Source: Conidiobolus incongruus B7586 (lineage: Eukaryota). From it: DNA of 39,327 nucleotides. A program made the translations under genes and the position numbers. Positions 11,792 to 25,507 of this stretch are shown here, piece by piece. The stretch is from the NCBI GenBank assembly GCA_000697335.1, contig JNEM01013916.1, positions 1 through 39,327 of the forward strand, read 5' to 3'. Each line of letters opens with the position of its first letter. Positions within the stretch are counted from its first letter, which is position 1. The notes below the pieces were generated by a model. The model was not told the origin of the DNA. It ran no database searches and saw nothing but the letters and a program-made list of their open reading frames with translations.

Positions 11792-14700
11792 ACCGAATAT
11801 TATACTCTAACCATTTTGCCAAGTTTAGTTTTTCCATCCAATTCTGTTCAAATTTTGATTAATCAACTGTTTTAACTTTGATTGTTTTTCATACCTTCTC
11901 TTTCTAATCATACTCACCATATCTATTATTTATTCTTTAACGCTGGATTAATACATGCTACTCAGAACATGTCGTACTTTCAAATATTATTAGGAATCAA
12001 TTTGGATTCTTCAAATTCTGGTGCAAATTTCTAAATATAACTACTTTACAATCAAAATAAAATGAATTGATATTAGATTTTGTGTTAATCATTGACAGAT
12101 GATGAGTATCAGCCTTTTGCTAGCTTTCAAGCTCATATTCAATTCATATTAACTATTGAAACTTGGATATTGGTCATGAGTATATTGATTCCATCATGAT
12201 GTTTAATCATGAGATCATGGTGTTATTAAGTATTAGGTGAAAACTGTTAGTTTGACAAATTTTATAATTGGATAGTTATTCCGATTGAATAATTTAGGCA
12301 AATTGTATTGGAGCAATTGAAAATTTTAATAAACTGAGAATCTAATCTCAAAAATATTACTAAAATAAACTGGTAAATATATTGTTTTATCGCGGCATTA
12401 TACCTTATATTGAAAAATAGAATGAATTGAAACTTAATAATTACTATAATTGAAAACCATTTTTAAATAATAATTGAATGAATTGATTATAATTTTGGCA
12501 ATATTTGTAACATCTGAATTATAAAATTCAGTATCCGTTTTAAATATAATTTATTGGGAAAGTTAAAACTAATTTTGTTAGTGATAAAGATTAAAAAATA
12601 GAACAATGATGTTATTTTACTTTGGATAATATAATTAAATCATACTTTGTTATTAAATATTATATATTAGGTATTATAATATAGATTATAATGTTTAAGA
12701 CTTGATATTAATGGTACAATTTTCCAAGTACAATACAGTATTTCAAACCCTTATATTTTTTTAAAAAAATCATATAGATAATTTATATACTTGCCAATTT
12801 GTATTTTCATAACTTTAATTAACTATTTCTTATTAATAAAAAATTTTTCTTAATTATTTAGATGGATGATGAAAAATTAAAAATGGAAAATACATGGGAC
12901 TGAATATTATGTTTAGATTTGACGATTAAAAATTTTGTTTTCCATTTATAGAATTTGGAGAAAGAAATTCCGCTTTTAATTAAATTTCAGCATAAGCATT
13001 TATTTGAAATCCGATAATACCGAAGAAAAAGATTACACAAATAAATCGTAGAAAGAATTCATACTGAAAACTTCAAATACAGTATTGGTAATGATAAAAT
13101 TTTTCTCAACTATTATTCTTTCTTAACTGTTAAATCATCGTTCTTCAAGTATAGCATCGTACATAGTGGACATTGAGAATAAATGGAAATTTTTTAAAAT
13201 TATTAGTAAAAAAATTTTATTTTATACAATAATTTAATAAATTAAATTAAAAATATAATATTTAATAAAATTAAACAGAAAAATAAGAAATATTAATTAC
13301 TAAATTGAATGGCTTATTGATATCCTCTAAAGATAATAATAATTAATTTTAATAATTAAAATGATAATGAATTTAATCAAATAAAATTAGTTCACATGTT
13401 ACAGGAGTGAAAGTCACCTGCCATTAATTACAAAATTTAATTACTTAATAGAAATTTTGGACAAATTTGGAATATAATGATGAAAATATTCATGGATTGA
13501 ACTGAGCATTTCCAATTTGGTTCATAATGGCTATTAGTTTTATGAATTTGTGGATGCATTAAGCATCCAATGGCTGTAAATCCTTGATCTTACAATTTTT
13601 TATTGGACTATTCAAACGTGAATTAGCACAATTTATGAAATAATTATACATTAATAGATTCTGTATATTTTATTATTTTCATTGAATTATATTAATTTTT
13701 TTGTTGAATTTTGTTTTTTTAAATTTAATATAAAATTATTGGAGTAATAAATTTAAATATACTCATTTTTATTATGATAGTGTGAAAAGGGGAAAACTTG
13801 TCATAACCGATAATTTAAAAACATTTAATTGCTCATAAGAGTTATAAATAGATTTGATCATCTAATTATTATCAATTGACATTTCATGCAAGTAATCTTT
13901 TATAAATTAAACAGCAAGAATTCTATGCAATTTACTAATTAGGATATGCCAATTTCTCTATCTTATCAAATATCAAATACCTCCTAACTTAAAATTTTCA
14001 TTTTTTGTTTAATATTTGTCCCACTCAAATTTCAACAATTTTTAAAATTATTTTAATAATTAAAAAAATAAAGGAGCATTTTAAGAAAAGTATTTAATGT
14101 AATTATTGAATTTATGAGATTTATTTAAATTGATTGAAACATTAATTCTAGTGACTCTTATTGGCTGCAATAATAAGACATTAACAAGAATTTTTAATAA
14201 AAAAGTATATATTTTTCAACTACATAGATCAATATCTAGATAACTATCAATGATATTTATTAATTTCTTGATATTAAATATATATTAATTTAACAATATT
14301 TTCAACTTGATTAAATTTAAATAAATCTTGTAATATTATTAATATTATATATTGATATTCGAAAAGGGAATTAAGAAAATAAATCATTTACTAATATCTT
14401 ATTAGAGAATAGATATATATTAGTTTAATTTGTATTAAATTATTATTTTTTTAAAATATTTATTCACTAATGAAACATATAGATATATATATATATAATT
14501 ATATACTATTTCAATTTTAATTTTAATTCGCAAGTTTGTACTATAATTGATAAAATGACTTGAAAAGTCAAATTTTAAATCATAAAATATTTTCAAGTAT
14601 ATATAATTAAAGTCACTGAAATCATCACTTATAATTGAGATAATTGTGTGATTAATATCAAAAATAATTTATTTATATAATCCAATCAGATAATAAAATA

Positions 14701-15929
14701 TTAATTTATATTTAAGATTTTAATTATAATGATTTGAAATCAAAATAATTTACCATTATATGAATATCATTATTGATTCTAAACACTTATAGTATTTAAT
14801 CAATTCAAAATATACACTCATATTCAATATTATTGAATTATCTAATAAAATTTTATATTATAATATTATTTTTTTATCAAATTTGAACTTTTTTTAATTA
14901 AATCATTATATATATATGTAATTATCAAAAATATAAAATAAAAAATAATATTAATATAATATTGAATTTATAATAAAATAGTTATAAAATTATATATTAT
15001 GAATTTAAAATAATTTATTAAACCATCTGATAATATCTTATATTTTCTTGAAAAATTTATACTATAATACAATTTTTAATCTCTATTAGCATCTAATATC
15101 CTTAAAATATTATTATTTTTATACTTATAAACTTAATTCAAATATATAATATATTTGCAATTATTATATTAATTAATTTTAATTATTTATATTAACAATT
15201 TTAAAATTAATTAATATTTGAACATATATTAATAAATATTTTTGTCTTAAATTCTTAATTTTTAATAATAATAATAATAGTATTGACAAATATTGTACAC
15301 TTTTATTAATATTAATTCAACTTAGATGTATGGTTTATAGTTCAGTATTTGTATATTGATGCAATAAAATGATATTGGGATCAAATTAATTCAAATATGA
15401 ATTTTGTATATAAGTTATGTACTTATATTTAATATTTTGATTTTGATTTTTGAGTTATTATAAATATTTAAATAATGAAAAATAGAGTTTGTTGGAAACA
15501 AAGTATAAATTTGAAATGATGCTGGATCACATTCCTTATAGATATAATTTTTATTAGTGAAAAGTAGAAAAATGCTGATTTCTTTCAATAATAGTAAAGT
15601 AGTGTTGCTATTTTGTTAATATTGTCAAAATGGAGATAGTAATTCAACTTGAATTAAAGATATTGTTTAATCCTTCCCAACAATACTTGATTAATTGATC
15701 CTAGCTATTATTGAATATTCATATTTTGGTATATCGATGTATATTAGAGCAATATCAAAAGAAATATTAACTGATTAATATAAAGAACTAATAAATAAAT
15801 AATAAACAGCAAGAAAATTAAAATATTTTTGTTTTTAGCTTTAATTATACTTTTATAGAGTTGATTACCAACTATATTGAATTAATGTAACATGGTCAAA
15901 TATATGATTAGTTAAGAATATAAACAAAT

Positions 15930-17897
15930 TTAGAGTTCGTCATCTTCAGCATCTTCATCGTCATCGTTATCTTCAGCACCAGCACCTCCATAGATCTTGG
16001 AGACAATGGGGTTGACAATGGATTCGACTTCAGACTTTTGTTCTTCAATATCTTCCTTGGCGGCGGATTGGCCGTGTTCATTTAACCAGTCCAATTTTTC
16101 GTTAATGGCATCAAGAACAGTCTTCTTGTCGTCGGCAGATAACTTCTTACCGAGTTGTTCCTTGTCGTTGACTTGGTTCTTGAGAGTGTAGAGATAGTTT
16201 TCGAAGACATTCTTAGCTTCGATCTTTTCCTTGATGAGTTTGTCTTCTTCGGCGAAGTCTTCAGCTTCCTTAACCATACGTTCAATTTCTTCTTGAGAGA
16301 GACGTCCCTTGTCGTTGGTAATGGTGATGGATTGAGAGTTACCAGTACCCTTATCGGCGGCAGAGACCTTCATGATACCGTTGGCGTCGATTTCGAAAGT
16401 AACTTCAATTTGAGGAACACCACGAGGAGCGGGAGGAATACCAGTAAGTTCGAATTTACCCAATTGGTTGTTGTCCTTGGTCAAGGAACGTTCACCTTCG
16501 TAGATTTGGATTAAGACGGTTTCTTGGTTATCGGCGGCAGTAGAGAAGATTTGGGACTTCTTAGTGGGAATGGCAGTGTTACGAGGGATGAGTTTGGCCA
16601 TGACACCACCGGTGGTTTCAATACCAAGAGTCAAGGGGTTAACATCTAACAATAAGAGATCGTTCAAATCATCATCACCAGACAAGATACCAGCTTGGAC
16701 AGCGGCACCATAGGCAACAGCTTCATCGGGGTTAATGTCCTTGGAGGCCTTCTTACCATTGAAGAAATCTTCCAACATCTTAACAACCTTAGGAATACGA
16801 GTAGAACCACCAACCAAAACAATATCATCAATATCACTCTTTTCTAAGGAGGCATCTTTCAAAACTTGTTCAACAGGCTTCAAAGTCTTCTTGAATAAGT
16901 CATTGTTGAGTTCTTCAAATTTGGCACGAGTCAAAGTTTCGGAGAAGTCTTCACCTTCGAAGAAGGAGTCGATTTCGATACGGACGGACATTTGAGAGGA
17001 AAGAGTACGCTTGGCCTTTTCGACTTCACGCTTCAATTTACCCATAGTCTTGAGATCCTTAGTGATATCCTTGTTGTGTTTCTTTTTGTATTGTTTGGTA
17101 AAGTATTCAATCAATCTGTTATCGAAATCTTCACCACCCAAGTGAGTATCACCAGAAGTGGCCAAGACTTCAAAAACACCATCATCAATGGAGAGTAAGG
17201 AGACATCGAAAGTACCACCACCCAAATCATAGACTAAAATTTGTTTTTCACCCTTAGTACGGTCTAAACCGTAGGCAATAGCGGCGGCGGTAGGTTCGTT
17301 GATGATACGGAGAACAGTTAAACCAGCAATGGTACCAGCGTCTTTGGTAGCTTGACGTTGGGCATCGTTGAAGTAGGCAGGAACAGTAACGACGGCGTGG
17401 GTAACCTTCTTACCGAGGTAGGCTTCGGCAGTTTCCTTCATTTTAGTTAAGACCATACCAGAGATTTCTTCAGGAGTGAAAGTCTTGGATTCACCCTTGT
17501 ATTTGACTTGAATGACAGGTTTACCATCCTTGTTCTTAACCTTGAAGGGGAAGTGTTTGATGTCGCGTTGAACACTCTTATCGTTGTAGCGAAGACCAAT
17601 CAAACGCTTGGCATCGAAAACAGTGTTGGTGGGGTTGGAAGGAGCTTGATTTTTAGCGGCATCACCAATCAAACGCTCTTCTTCAGTGAAGGCGACGTAA
17701 GAGGGAGTGATACGATGACCTTGATCGTTGGGAATAATTTCAACACGTCCGTTCTTGTGGACGGCAACACAAGAGTAAGTAGTACCCAAATCAATACCGA
17801 TGACGGTACCATAGTCTTGTTTTTCTTCAGCAAAAGCTTGACCTCCAAATCCAAGGAGAGCCAAGGTAAACTTGACAAATATGCTAGATAATTTCAT
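15930..17897 (-). CDS. KAR2: ER Hsp70 chaperone BiP, 655 aa, intronless
   Basis: Signal peptide, [27 protein letters not shown], and C-terminal ER-retention-type DDEL. Confidence 0.99.
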   Translation of the reverse strand: MKLSSIFVKFTLALLGFGGQAFAEEKQDYGTVIGIDLGTTYSCVAVHKNGRVEIIPNDQGHRITPSYVAFTEEERLIGDAAKNQAPSNPTNTVFDAKRLIGLRYNDKSVQRDIKHFPFKVKNKDGKPVIQVKYKGESKTFTPEEISGMVLTKMKETAEAYLGKKVTHAVVTVPAYFNDAQRQATKDAGTIAGLTVLRIINEPTAAAIAYGLDRTKGEKQILVYDLGGGTFDVSLLSIDDGVFEVLATSGDTHLGGEDFDNRLIEYFTKQYKKKHNKDITKDLKTMGKLKREVEKAKRTLSSQMSVRIEIDSFFEGEDFSETLTRAKFEELNNDLFKKTLKPVEQVLKDASLEKSDIDDIVLVGGSTRIPKVVKMLEDFFNGKKASKDINPDEAVAYGAAVQAGILSGDDDLNDLLLLDVNPLTLGIETTGGVMAKLIPRNTAIPTKKSQIFSTAADNQETVLIQIYEGERSLTKDNNQLGKFELTGIPPAPRGVPQIEVTFEIDANGIMKVSAADKGTGNSQSITITNDKGRLSQEEIERMVKEAEDFAEEDKLIKEKIEAKNVFENYLYTLKNQVNDKEQLGKKLSADDKKTVLDAINEKLDWLNEHGQSAAKEDIEEQKSEVESIVNPIVSKIYGGAGAEDNDDDEDAEDDEL

Positions 17898-17996
17898 TAT
17901 AATATGTTTTTACCTCACTAGATAACGGTATTAAAATGAATTTTAAATTAATGATATCAAGCGATGACTAGTTTCTCAATATCCAGGTCACACTCC

Positions 17997-18004
17997 TTTT
18001 TATA
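17997..18004 (-). promoter_or_regulatory. TATA box of BiP gene
   Basis: TATAAAAA on the minus strand, 100 bp upstream of the ATG. Confidence 0.6.
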
Positions 18005-18124
18005 TCGTTGAATATTCAAAGAATTAAAATAAATGAGAATGAATTTAGTGTCATGATCTGATTGGACCAGCGCATCACTCAATCTCCTCTCTTTTTCCAA
18101 TCATTAATGTGAGAATTTTTCTAA

Positions 18125-18143
18125 CCAATTAGGAAGAGCCACA
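18125..18143 (+). promoter_or_regulatory. ERSE-like element CCAAT-N9-CCACA in BiP promoter
   Basis: CCAAT TAGGAAGAG CCACA about 230 bp upstream of the BiP ATG. Further CCAAT boxes at 18061-18065 (minus) and 18097-18101; TACGTG at 18251-18256. Confidence 0.5.
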
Positions 18144-20595
18144 GAGTCCGAGTAATTATTCTAGTCAATTCGATTATTCACATAAAATACACATAATCAT
18201 TCTTGTATATTTCATTATTACATACTTTTGTGGTCTATATTTTGATTTTCTACGTGTTGATTTTTAGTGGATAATCTTTAATATCTATCATATAATGTAC
18301 TAACTCTGTTATTTATACTGATTCAACCATTTTTAACATGATTATTATGGTGCTTTATATCATTTCGTATTCAACTCTTATTGGTTGAATCTTAAAAACA
18401 AAATATTTATCATGTGACATAATCAATAATTATTCACATTAGATTAAATAAATTCATATTCAAAATCATTTTAAAAATCTATACAAATATTTTTATTCTT
18501 CTTTTATCTTTTTTCCATATGTTTATTATTATAGATTTAAATATTTTATAATTATTGATTAATTGAATTGTTTAATCTTGATAGTTCTTCAATATTCAAT
18601 TTTTAAAATCAGTAATAAAAAAATCTATGACTCAGAATATTTATAAATTAATTGCCATTATTCAAATCATTATGAAAATAAACTTTTAGTAAATAATAAA
18701 TACTTTGATATTGAATACTAATGGAATAAAATAGTAATATTAATGATTAAATTCAATTTTATTAGTATTTTAGAGGCTTAATCACTGAAGAAATATATCT
18801 ATTTATAAAAAAATTTCTTCATTTAATTTCAAATCGAATCAAGCAAAGACATTAGTTGCTATATTTTAAAATTTGATCAGCTTTAATATAACATAAACTA
18901 AAACAGTTAATTGTTTAATATATTAATTAGCTATAAATTGATTTATATCCTAATAAGAGTATCAATGATCCTTATTTTCTAAAAATCTCATTTAAGAGCA
19001 CTTCAATTCCTTTAGCAGTCATGATTATTTTAACAGTTTAATTTTTTCAATGATTTTAATTCAAATATATATAGTTGCATTTAAATCAAGATTAACCTAA
19101 GCTGTATTTAATTATTAGATTAATATGAATGTGACACTTTTTTACAAATACTAGCTTGGCTGATATCCTTAAACTCAGAAATATACTAAGTATTGATGAG
19201 ACATGTTTAATATCAAAAATGAGTAGTGTCAAATTATTATTTAAATGCTTAATTTGATACATTAATCAATTTGGTATATCAAAAATTGCCCAATCTTTTC
19301 TATTTGGATATTGAGAGATAAATTTCAAATAAAATGACCAATAGCATCTTAAACACTAAAAATAGTTTTTATTTCAAATTTTATATTCATCATAGAATCA
19401 ATTTTATAATTATTGGAATAATATATCAAATCCAATGAAGATTACAGGATTGTGACAATTGAAATTGAAATTGAAATTAGGAAATATATATTTAATGAGA
19501 AAAAGTTATTAATTAAAAATTGAATTAATATCCAATAATTAATATTAAAATGCCAATCTTTTTTCTTACTTGATATAAAAACATTTGAAAAATATATTAA
19601 CAATAATTCATTCTTAGGTATGGACAAAATGTTGAAATTATTTGGTTATAATTTTTTAACTAATTCACTTCATACTAACATTGAGTTATCTTTTAGTTAT
19701 GCAAAATTTCTATAGTTTAATAAAATAATTGGATATATCAAATGTTGTAATAGAATGATGATTGAGAAATATAACACAAATTTTCAATCAATGTTTCTTT
19801 AGTTATCATTAGTGATAAATTGAGATATATTCTCATTATAGTTACTATATTGTTTTATTAACTGATACAATATAACATGCTCGTTATAAAGTAAGTTTTT
19901 TGAATTAATTTTAAAATTTAACCTTTATTTTGACAATAAAATGATAGATTAAATTTAAATAATTTATATTGATAAATTAATGTAAAAAGAATTATTCATA
20001 TGAAAGTCGCTCGAAGATAATAGGCAAATTCGGTTTTAATTTAACAAAATCATACATACTATAATAAAATATATGAAATTAAATATAAATACCATTACAA
20101 TTATTGAAAATATAATATATGTAAAAATAATATTATTTTATTTCAAATTGAACATAATATTATTGATAAAATTTTAGACTCAAAATTCAATGAACGCACT
20201 ATTAATTTAACATTTAAAATTCAACTTTAGTAATATTTATTATCATCTAATAAAAATCCATATATAATAATATATGTTAATTTTTAAATATTATACATGA
20301 AAAGCATTCTGAATTTTTTAACTTATAAATCTAATATTTGGGTAATAAATACCAATATATTTATTCTATTATTTTGTACTTAAATTATATTATTTAATAG
20401 TTATCCTATATAATTTTTTTGTGATTTTCATTCAATTTAATAAACAACATCTATATTTAAAATTCAGAGTTTATAAATTATTTGAGGTAGACTTTAATTA
20501 ATAAAAATTTATTAAATAATTTTTTTAACAATATAAATATATTCTTAAATATTCATTTTTTAAAATTAATTATAAAAATTATATATAATAATAAA

Positions 20596-21821
20596 TTAAT
20601 TCGGTCTACTTAAATATTTGGGACAATTTTGGTTGGGTAGATAACAATTATTGGATACCAATATCCACTTGCGAAATATTAGTATGGACATAGAAAATAG
20701 GAAAGAGAAGAACTAAAGATAATGTTAATAAAGTATAATAGAAAGATGATGTTTGTGATTTTACCATCGCTTTATAACTCAATTCTTCTGTAAATCCTTT
20801 AAATACTTCTCCTAACATTTCTGCCATTAACTGAAGTCTAAATGAGAATATTTAATATATAATAATTATTAAAATATGTAATGGGTTTACCTCATAATTT
20901 GATTAGGATTCCTATTAGCACAATCCATATACCTCTTACAGATTTTTTGCAAAGTTTGGGGTACTTCATCCGAACATTGATTCAACATATACGACCGTGA
21001 ACAATTCGCTACCTCTTTAGCATTTTTTGCAAGGGTTTCTTTGATGCGGACGTTATAGTCCAAATAGAAGTTGTAGATCATATAGAAGGAGAAGTAGAGT
21101 AAGACCAGAAGGACTATGAGGTTGATCCAAATACTTGTATAGTGTTTAATTCGATCTACAGTATTATCGTCAATTGTAGGGTGTGAATTGGGATATGGTG
21201 ACTTAACATATCGAACCCTATTCCTATTCACACTCGCGTCAATCATAGGATTGGGACTAGTCCTACCCGAAGAATTCTCACTACTAGAATTAAAAAACAG
21301 CTCCATTTCTTCCCTTATTGAATCAGGTTTGGACAGATCCAAAGATTCTATAGAAATATCCGAAAATGAAGAATCACCTCGAGTCCTAGTTATTTCTGGA
21401 GGCCTTGAATATTTGACAGGTGTTGGTGTTTTTAGTAGTTGGGTCATGATATGATCCACTCTATCTATAACATTATCATATATATATATATGAATATATT
21501 TTTTAATATTATATATTTTCATAAATACCTGAAGGGCTTCTGTACAGAATCTTATCACCATTCAGTTTAGACGTTGATGGTCTCCTAGTCAAACCATTAC
21601 GCTTTTCAGTTCTCTTAACAACACGTAATTCAGAATTGGAGTGATTCGATTCTTTAGTAGAATTAGAAACTAAAGACTCTTCATCACTACTTTGTATTTC
21701 GTTTAATTTATATTCATCATCTTAAATCAAGATTTAGTTAAAATAAAAATTATATTATTTTAATTTTTAAAAAAATACCTTCTTGTTTTATAATTTTTTT
21801 ATTTTGAATTTTAGATTTCAT
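20596..21821 (-). CDS. Brr6/Brl1-family nuclear envelope membrane protein (paralogue A); exons 21821-21779, 21720-21529, 21464-20891, 20837-20765, 20712-20596
   Basis: TM helix, then NCSRSYMLNQC..P..LQKICKRYMDC..NP (four-Cys Brr6/Brl1 signature), AEMLGEVFKGFTEELSYK, then a second TM. Four GT-AG introns keep the frame; the last intron is less certain. Confidence 0.85.
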
Positions 21822-21936
21822 TAAACAATTAAATTAATAAATAGGTAGTCACATAAAATAAACACAAAAAGGTTTTTTTTGATATATTAGGGAATGGATT
21901 GAGATATTCATTATTAAATAATATTGAATTAAAATT

Positions 21937-21943
21937 ATGGGAT
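21937..21943 (-). promoter_or_regulatory. ATCCCAT promoter motif (Brr6/Brl1 paralogue A)
   Basis: Sense-oriented, 116 bp upstream of the ATG; recurs upstream of four other genes. Confidence 0.6.
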
Positions 21944-22379
21944 AATATTGAATGTATTTTTATCAATTTGTAATAAAGTTCTTTTACATATTACTATCAA
22001 TTAATATATTACCTTTTCAAAAATTTATATAAAATATATTTAAATATTTAAAAACTAGATAATAATTAAAAATCATAATAATTCAATTAAATCAATTCTA
22101 ATATTGTACAATTATTATATTTTTCAGTAATTTTTAAGAATAGTTTAGGAATATTTTATAAATATATAATTAAATGATAATGAATATTTAATATTCATTA
22201 TTTTTTGATTTATTTTAGATATTTGAAAATCAATTAAAGGAAAATTAATGGAAATTGAAATATAATTTTTTAATTTGGTTTAGAATATATGAGTATATTT
22301 TATTAAATGTAAATAAATCATTAATTATGTTGATTTAATTTATAACAAAAGGAATTTAAATTGGATTCAGTATTAACTA

Positions 22380-23688
22380 TTACTATAAAATTAAAGAAAT
22401 GGGAAATTTTTTAATTTCTAATTTTTCAAACATATTATTAGTTTCAAATAAAAAAATATATACAAAACAAATAGGAAAATAAATAGTTTTAAATTATAAA
22501 TATATAATAACTTTTTTAATTAAAAAAATAATTTTTTAAAATTAGTTATTTAATTTAATTATGTTTAAACTAAATAATAACCATTAAAAGTTTTTTATTT
22601 TAGTATTAGTAAAACTTAACTATAAACCCTCTAAAATTATTTAAAATTTATAAACAACTTTTGATAATAAAGTATTATTTAAATTAATAATTTATTATTA
22701 AATAAATTACTTTAAAGTTAAAAGAGAAATTACTTAAAACTTGTTAAAACCTAAAAAACTAATTTTAACTATTACTCTTTTAATTATTAATAAAATAAAA
22801 AAATATATTAAAAAACACCTTTTTATTTTAGTTAAAGAATTATTAAAACATTTTAATATTAGTTACACAAGTATTTTATATATATTAAAGTTTAAATTAA
22901 AATTAATTAATAAAAATATAAAATAGATACTTTATAATTTAATTAAAACTTAAAAAAAAGTTAGAGTAGCTATTGTTAAATAAAATTTACTAAGGTATAA
23001 CTAGAAATTAAAACTTTTATAGTGAATTATTATAATTGATAAATTTTAGATTTTTTTATATAATCTTTTATTAAAATATAAATTAAAGTGTTAGATTAAG
23101 CTAAATTAACCCCTTTTATAAATTCTTTTAAATAAATACTTTGTTGATAAACAAATGTTAATTGTTATAATAGATTATAATAATATATACTATTTTTATT
23201 TAGTTTTTAAAAGAAAATTAATTAATAATAAACTTTATATTTCTTTTTTAAATAAAACTATTTCTAATAAGTATTCTTAATATAATTTAAGAAAACCTAT
23301 TATTTTACATGATAATTATAAAATACATAAATTTAAAATTATAAAAAATTTTTTAATTAAAAATAACTAGAAAAAACTACTACATCTAGTATATTCTTTA
23401 GATTATAACCTATATAATTATAATTGTTTTAGGCAATTAAAAAACTAGCTTACAAGAAAGAAAATTTCTACAGGAAAATTTAATTGGTTTATAAAACATC
23501 AAATTTCAGTCTTTAATAAAAAAACTATTTTTTAGATATTAGATCTTTATTAAAAGCATAGCAAAAAGTTATTAGAAATAAAAGAAATTAATAATTTTAT
23601 AATATATATTTATTTTTACTTTTTATATATTAAAATGTTTACTTTTTTTCAATTGCAAAAAATTCCTATTATTTAAATTACAAAGTAA
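22380..23688 (+). mobile_element. Hypermutated mariner-like DD34D DNA transposon, 1309 bp
   Basis: Imperfect ~32-bp TIRs (TTACTATAAAATTAAAGAAATGGGAAATTTTT versus reverse-complemented TTACTTTGTAATTTAAATAATAGGAATTTTTT), flanked by TA at 22378-22379 and 23689-23690. Transposase relics IIIIDKF*IF (IITGDExWIF), ILHDNYKIH (ILHDNARPH) and LHLVYSLDYNLYNY (HPxYSPDxxPxDY); D23311 and inferred D23416 give 34-residue spacing. Confidence 0.88.
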
Positions 23689-25507
23689 TACATCAATAAA
23701 TTTTTGTTGTATTTGAAATTTAATTTAAGAATCTAAAGACTGAATCAACTTCATATTAGTAATAAATTGCCTCTCTTATCAATAATGTTGTCACCATTGG
23801 GAAATGACTTTAATACTGATTTTTATAATACCAGAATATTTGATTTACTATTAAGCTTTAATATAGTTGGAATATTTAATTTATTTGATTTATTATCAAA
23901 ACTTTGGTTAGTTTATAAATTAACAAACATGTTTTTATGGTGGTCCTCAAAATAAAAATTATTAAATCTTGTTTTTCAGATACTGTTAATACTTAATTCA
24001 ATCTCTGCTGTTTTAAAATTGCTGAAGGTATGATCTGGTATTTTATTAATATTTTTATCTGAACACTTATTTTCAATTTAACAAGTACTATGAAAATTTA
24101 TATGAAGATTGCAATTCTGAGCTAAAAAATGACCATAGTCAATAATAGACAAAACAATTTTGTTTAATTCAATTGAGAGGTATCAAAATGAATTAGCTAT
24201 ATATAATTGAATATAAGAATATCTAAAGTATTTTAAATCTAATTGATACAGATACTAAGTGAAATGAAATAAAATGATAATATAACAAAATAGCTATAAA
24301 CTCAAAAAAAGCTTTTATAGAATGAATATAATATTAATGTAATCAATGCGATAATATTGTAAATTTTGGAAATGTTTATTGAAAGAGATATATTTATACT
24401 GAAAATTTACTGATATAATCTAGCAAATATCAATGATATAGTTTTGATATATAACTATATTTAACTGTTTATTCAGATAGCTCCCTCATTAAATATTATA
24501 TTACTTGAGCACTTTTCTCAACAAATGATATTCTATTTTAAAATTTTGAGGGTAAATTATATATTTTATTAAGTAATTTTGAATAGTTCTAAATATTGAT
24601 TGATAAATATTATTTTGGATATTCTATCAAATGTATGCATAAAATTTGGAGGATTTCAAAAATTTATATGAATATATTTTGGCTTTTTCAATACTATATT
24701 GTCTAATACTAACCTGTGAATTTTCAAACTCTAAGCTGACTTCATAGTTTATTTCGTTTTTCAATAATATTTCAAAAAATTAATTTATATATATTATGAG
24801 GAATGTAATTATAATTCTCAGACATTGGCTCATTAAATGCATAACATTAGTTTTACTTCATTCCAAACTGACCATATTTAAATTGCACTTTATTTTCAAT
24901 CTTAAAATATGATAGTAATATGAATTGAATATAAATTGTAGAAATATAATCACTTTTAATACCTGAGTTATCAATAATATCAAAGATATTAATATTAGAA
25001 ATATGGCTTCATCGTGATTACAAATATATAATTAATATAAGAACCTTAATATAAAATCAAAATATTAAATATAACTTATGGAAAAATTTAATAGATTCAT
25101 ATTCAAATATATATTAAATAATTTCAAAATTTGAAATATTTCAAATATCTAATTAAATATAAATAAATAGTAGATATAATTGAACTTTGAAAAAAACTTA
25201 AATATATATTGTATTATATTACTAATATAAATGAAAATTGAAATTAACAATAATTCTTAAATTTAGACTCAAATTTTTCTACCAATACAACTGAAATTTG
25301 TATTTTCAAAATTTTGAAAAATTTAATAATGAATTCCCAAATCAATATTGATCCTAAATAAAAAATATTGACTATTTAAATTAATCCAAAATTTATTCCA
25401 AACTTAATATACTTAATCAGTTAAATAATCCTTTTGTAAAATTACTAAATTGATTTTGAATTAAGTTTCAATTGTATTTCATTTATAATTTTTTTGTTTT
25501 TTATATA

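Noticed and set aside
12095..12340. ATGATGA (C box) and a distant CTGA (D box) suggesting a C/D snoRNA
   Set aside because: Boxes are about 235 nt apart, with no terminal stem or recognisable rRNA guide.
12860..13620. Higher-complexity patches, including hairpin TGGATGC-ATTAA-GCATCCA (~13551-13569)
   Set aside because: No consistent spliced frame or recognisable protein; a single 7-bp stem is expected by chance.
15997..17891. Several antisense and alternate-frame ORFs over BiP
   Set aside because: Well-known consequence of biased codon usage in Hsp70 genes.
18010..18024. Heat-shock element candidate GAATATTCAAAGAA
   Set aside because: Only two correctly spaced nGAAn units; the third is off by one base.
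18650..19950. Possible decayed coding sequence and the 61-aa ORF at 19442-19627
   Set aside because: No recognisable motif or sustained frame; cannot be supported without a search.
22741..22926. 61-aa ORF
   Set aside because: Fragment of the dead mariner transposase.
23700..25400. Possible F-box/LRR pseudogene on the minus strand (FSCIGRKI..., NLPSK) and ORF 23767-23955
   Set aside because: Fragments are too short and ambiguous to call.
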